Below, one piece after another: positions 60,900 through 64,000 of a DNA stretch of 64,000 nt. Origin of the DNA: Octopus sinensis (lineage: Eukaryota); contig NC_043002.1 of assembly GCF_006345805.1 (NCBI RefSeq), positions 94,488,001 through 94,552,000 on the forward strand. Direction: 5' to 3'. Positions within the stretch are counted from its first letter, which is position 1. The number at the start of each line of letters is the position of its first letter. The notes beneath the pieces were generated by a model. That model worked only from the letters and a program-made list of their open reading frames with translations, was not told the DNA's origin and did not search any database. A program made the translations under genes and the position numbers.

Positions 60900-61141
60900 C
60901 ACCAGAAAAAGAAGAAATAAAGATATACTTTTTTCTATTCCAAGAAAAACGATTTTACATATGCACGTTCCCACGGCTTTATCGATCGAATTTTCACCTG
61001 GAATCGATTTTTGTAATTTTTTCAAGACTTATACACGCCCTGATACCGTCGGTATCTACATATCTCTAATTTGAGCGCAATCGGATGGAAGATGCCCGAG
61101 ATCCTAAAAGACACACGCACAGGCAGATTTTATATAATAGA
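60900..61141 (-). mobile_element. Helitron-like 5' fragment
   Basis: A|TCTATTATATAAAATCTGCCTGTGCGTGTGTC; no 3' CTAG found. Confidence 0.5.
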
Positions 61142-61693
61142 TTACCTCAAATTTTACACAGAAATATTTTATTTACTACGAATGCAAGGGTACAAGAGTC
61201 AATTCGAAGTAGAAAACTACTATAAAATACTTATAATATTATCTTGAAGGCATATGAGACATAAGGACACGTGGTGCAGAAAACCACATGTAATTATATC
61301 GTTGGCTAACGGGAAGTGTCTGCTATGGCTGCCGGAACAGCCAGAACACGTGATTTCATGTTGTATAACGTCTCCTACATACCCTCCCTTTTCACCTGTT
61401 AAACGTTTCTTCTTCATTCTCCAATTTACTTTTCTTTCTTTATATCCTCTCGTGAAAATTTGTTTCTTTTTTTATATCTCTTTGGGGACTATTGTCTAAT
61501 AAAGAATCATTTTTTTCATTATCCTGCGGAGTCGAATTTGCCTTTTATCATTTAGGGATCGTTAAAATAATGCATTAAGTACTGGAATAGGTGGTATCAA
61601 TCAATCCTCCTCTTCCAAACTGTTCACCTTGTACCTAAAGCAGAAACGATTATTATTATTATTATTATTATTGTTATTATTATTATTATTATT

Positions 61694-62245
61694 GAGTGGG
61701 TGAGCAGCGCATGTCAGCAAAGTGACACTGGGGTACAAATATACGAAGCCTAATATATCCACCATGACTACCGTCTGATAAGGGTACACCAGGCATATGC
61801 ATCACAACCATATGGGCATGACATGGTGATCTCATATCAACATAGACAGCGCATGACTTTGCAGGTGGCGCCCAGTTAGAATTTTCTTCAGTTCGAGTAG
61901 CCCATCCTGCTTAAAAGGTTCCTGAATAAGGTTTGTTCAAGGATATTGAACGAAACACCCATATTTCCAGAGGGGAATTATTCAAACCCCAAATATTTCC
62001 TCTCAACACATGGCTATGATCCTCCCCCACTAACTCTGCTCATGATCATAGATGCACATATCCTCAGCCACCAAGGGACATACGCAATTGGTTATGGTCA
62101 AACAACTGACAAGCAAATCTGTGGTACTGAGTAGAATATTTGCTGTAGCCCATCTTTTACACCAAGACAAAACATGTTCATTATAATACTTCTAATCAGT
62201 TAAGACCAGAAGCCATGAGAGTCATTGCCTGATACTGCACCAGGC

Positions 62246-62246
<1 letters not shown>
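61694..62246 (+). mobile_element. 553-bp non-coding element flanked by (ATT)n on both sides
   Basis: (ATT)n at 61650-93 and 62247-62300; truncated second copy at 14690. Confidence 0.8.
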
Positions 62247-62301
<55 letters not shown>

Positions 62302-62302
<1 letters not shown>

Positions 62303-63030
62303 AGACGGCGAGCTAGTAGAATCATTAGCATGCTTGAGTTCAAATTCTGCTGAGGTCAACTTTTCCTTTCATCCTTTCGGGTCCGATAAAGTAAGTATCA
62401 GTTGAGTACTGGGGTCGATGTAATCGATTTACCCCCTTCCCCGAAATTGCCGGCCTTGCACCAAAATTTGAAATCATTATTATTGCTTCATTTAAGGCTG
62501 CGACCAGGCAGAATCATTAGCACAGCGGACGAAATACTGTTAAGCATTTTCTCTGTCTCTAAATTATTATGCTCTCTCGCATTTTGTACGTCTTTACGTT
62601 CTGATTTCAAATTCTGCCGAGGTTGACTTTGTCTTTCATCTTTTTTGGGGTCGATAAAATAAGTACCAGCACTGGGGACGATATAATCGACTAGCACCGT
62701 GTCTTAAAAATTCCAGGCCTTGTGGCTAAAGTAAATAAATTATTTGTTCTAGTTCTTTCTTTACGTTTTGAGTCCAAATTCTGCTGCGGTCAGCTTATCT
62801 TTCATTACTCCGCAGACGATAAGTACGCAGTCAAGTACTGGGGTCACCAGTCTCACCTGAACCGCTTTCACCTCTAAATCTCTGGCTGGTGTGTCAAAAT
62901 TAGAAAAACGTTGAAGTAAACATCTTGCAGTATTCAGTTATTTCAGTTTACGCTCTAGGTTCGAATCCAGCAGGGGACAACACTAATTTGCATCCATGTG
63001 GAACCGATAATATAAGTATCACTGACGAAC
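62302..63030 (+). mobile_element. four progressively decayed SINE-A short-tail copies
   Basis: Family motifs at about 62302, 62495, 62760 and 62930. Confidence 0.8.
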
Positions 63031-63099
63031 CACAACCGGTTCTTTCTACTATATCCTCCCGCTAAAATATATAATCTTGTAGCGTACACTAGAATTTGT

Positions 63100-63101
63100 T
63101 G

Positions 63102-63142
<41 letters not shown>

Positions 63143-63560
63143 TAATGACGAAACGATGCCGGCGACAACAGCGGTGGTAATGATGACGACCACGGTAGCG
63201 GTGATGATAATGGAGGTGATGATGATGATGATGATGATGATGATGACGATGATAACGATGATGGTGGCGGTAAACACAACGTTGCTGCGGCTGCTCCTGC
63301 TGCTTCTCTTGTTGTTTATGATTGTGGTGGCGGTTGTGGTGGCGGTGGTAGTGGCGGTGGTGGTGGTGGTGACCATCATTATAGTCGTCGTCATCGTCGT
63401 AGTGGCGGTAGTGATAGCGGTGATAAAAAAAACAAAAAACAAATCACAAACTTATGAGCAACAACAACAAACGCTTCAACAAAAACATCATCATCATCAA
63501 CAACAACAACTACAAAAACATCAAAAATTCTAATTGCAACAGCAACAACAGTAACGACAA
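63100..63560. repeat. (GAT)n/(GGT)n/(CAA)n trinucleotide tract
   Basis: Direct reading. Confidence 0.92.
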
Positions 63561-64000
63561 TATTAAATCATCGTGGCTTTTTCTTTGCAGTAATTATAGT
63601 TTGGTTAACAAAACAAAACAAAAAACAATTAAAAAAAAACAGAAAAAAAGGTAATTTATTTCCTGTTATTTTAGTTTTGCAAATCACGTCAAAATTAATG
63701 CCAGTATAAAAGCCGTAACAAAGTGTTATTAGCAATTAATCTCGAATCTAGCTATAGAAATAATCTTTTGATTGCAATAATTAAAACCTGCCAAATTAGT
63801 GGAGCAAAGTTTGAACACGTAATACAATTTATATAGAAGATGACTTATTGTTTTTTAACCGATGGTACCTTTTTTTCTCCCCTGCTTTTTGAGCTGTTTT
63901 TGTTTTCTTTTTTCTTATTTTCTTTTCGGAAATTTATTGTTGAATGAAATTATAAATACTTTTATATTTCGTAGATAATTTCTTCTTCTTCTTCTTCTTT

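Overview
AT-rich, repeat-saturated animal DNA, most likely an octopus (inference from the SINE families, the TTAGGG motif and the very high microsatellite load). It looks like intronic or intergenic sequence. No intact protein-coding gene is recognisable: nearly all supplied ORFs are microsatellite translations or decayed transposon frames, and I found only weak, isolated exon candidates. The repeats are: four tRNA-headed or V-domain SINE families; a ~406-432 bp GG-terminated MITE with 8-bp TSDs (5 full copies, internal TTAGGG); Helitron-type elements; an internally deleted mariner; a decayed Buster/Charlie hAT; R4/Dong-like and RTE-like LINE relics; and four Tx1-clade LINE pieces. Two systems stand out. 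(1) (TA)n-embedded fold-back elements carrying type I hammerhead ribozymes. One sits in a near-perfect 494-bp palindrome (core on + at 8163-8255, mirrored on - at 7898-7990). A second, unrelated core lies at 18327-18394 between 89-bp inverted arms, and several decayed cores occur elsewhere. (2) A Tx1-LINE/SINE partnership. One SINE subfamily shares a covarying 3' stem-loop tail with the Tx1 pieces and inserts with 14-bp TSDs starting GGTATA. Two Tx1-type elements join the same 16-nt site in the head of another SINE. All structures were read by eye; nothing was computed or searched.
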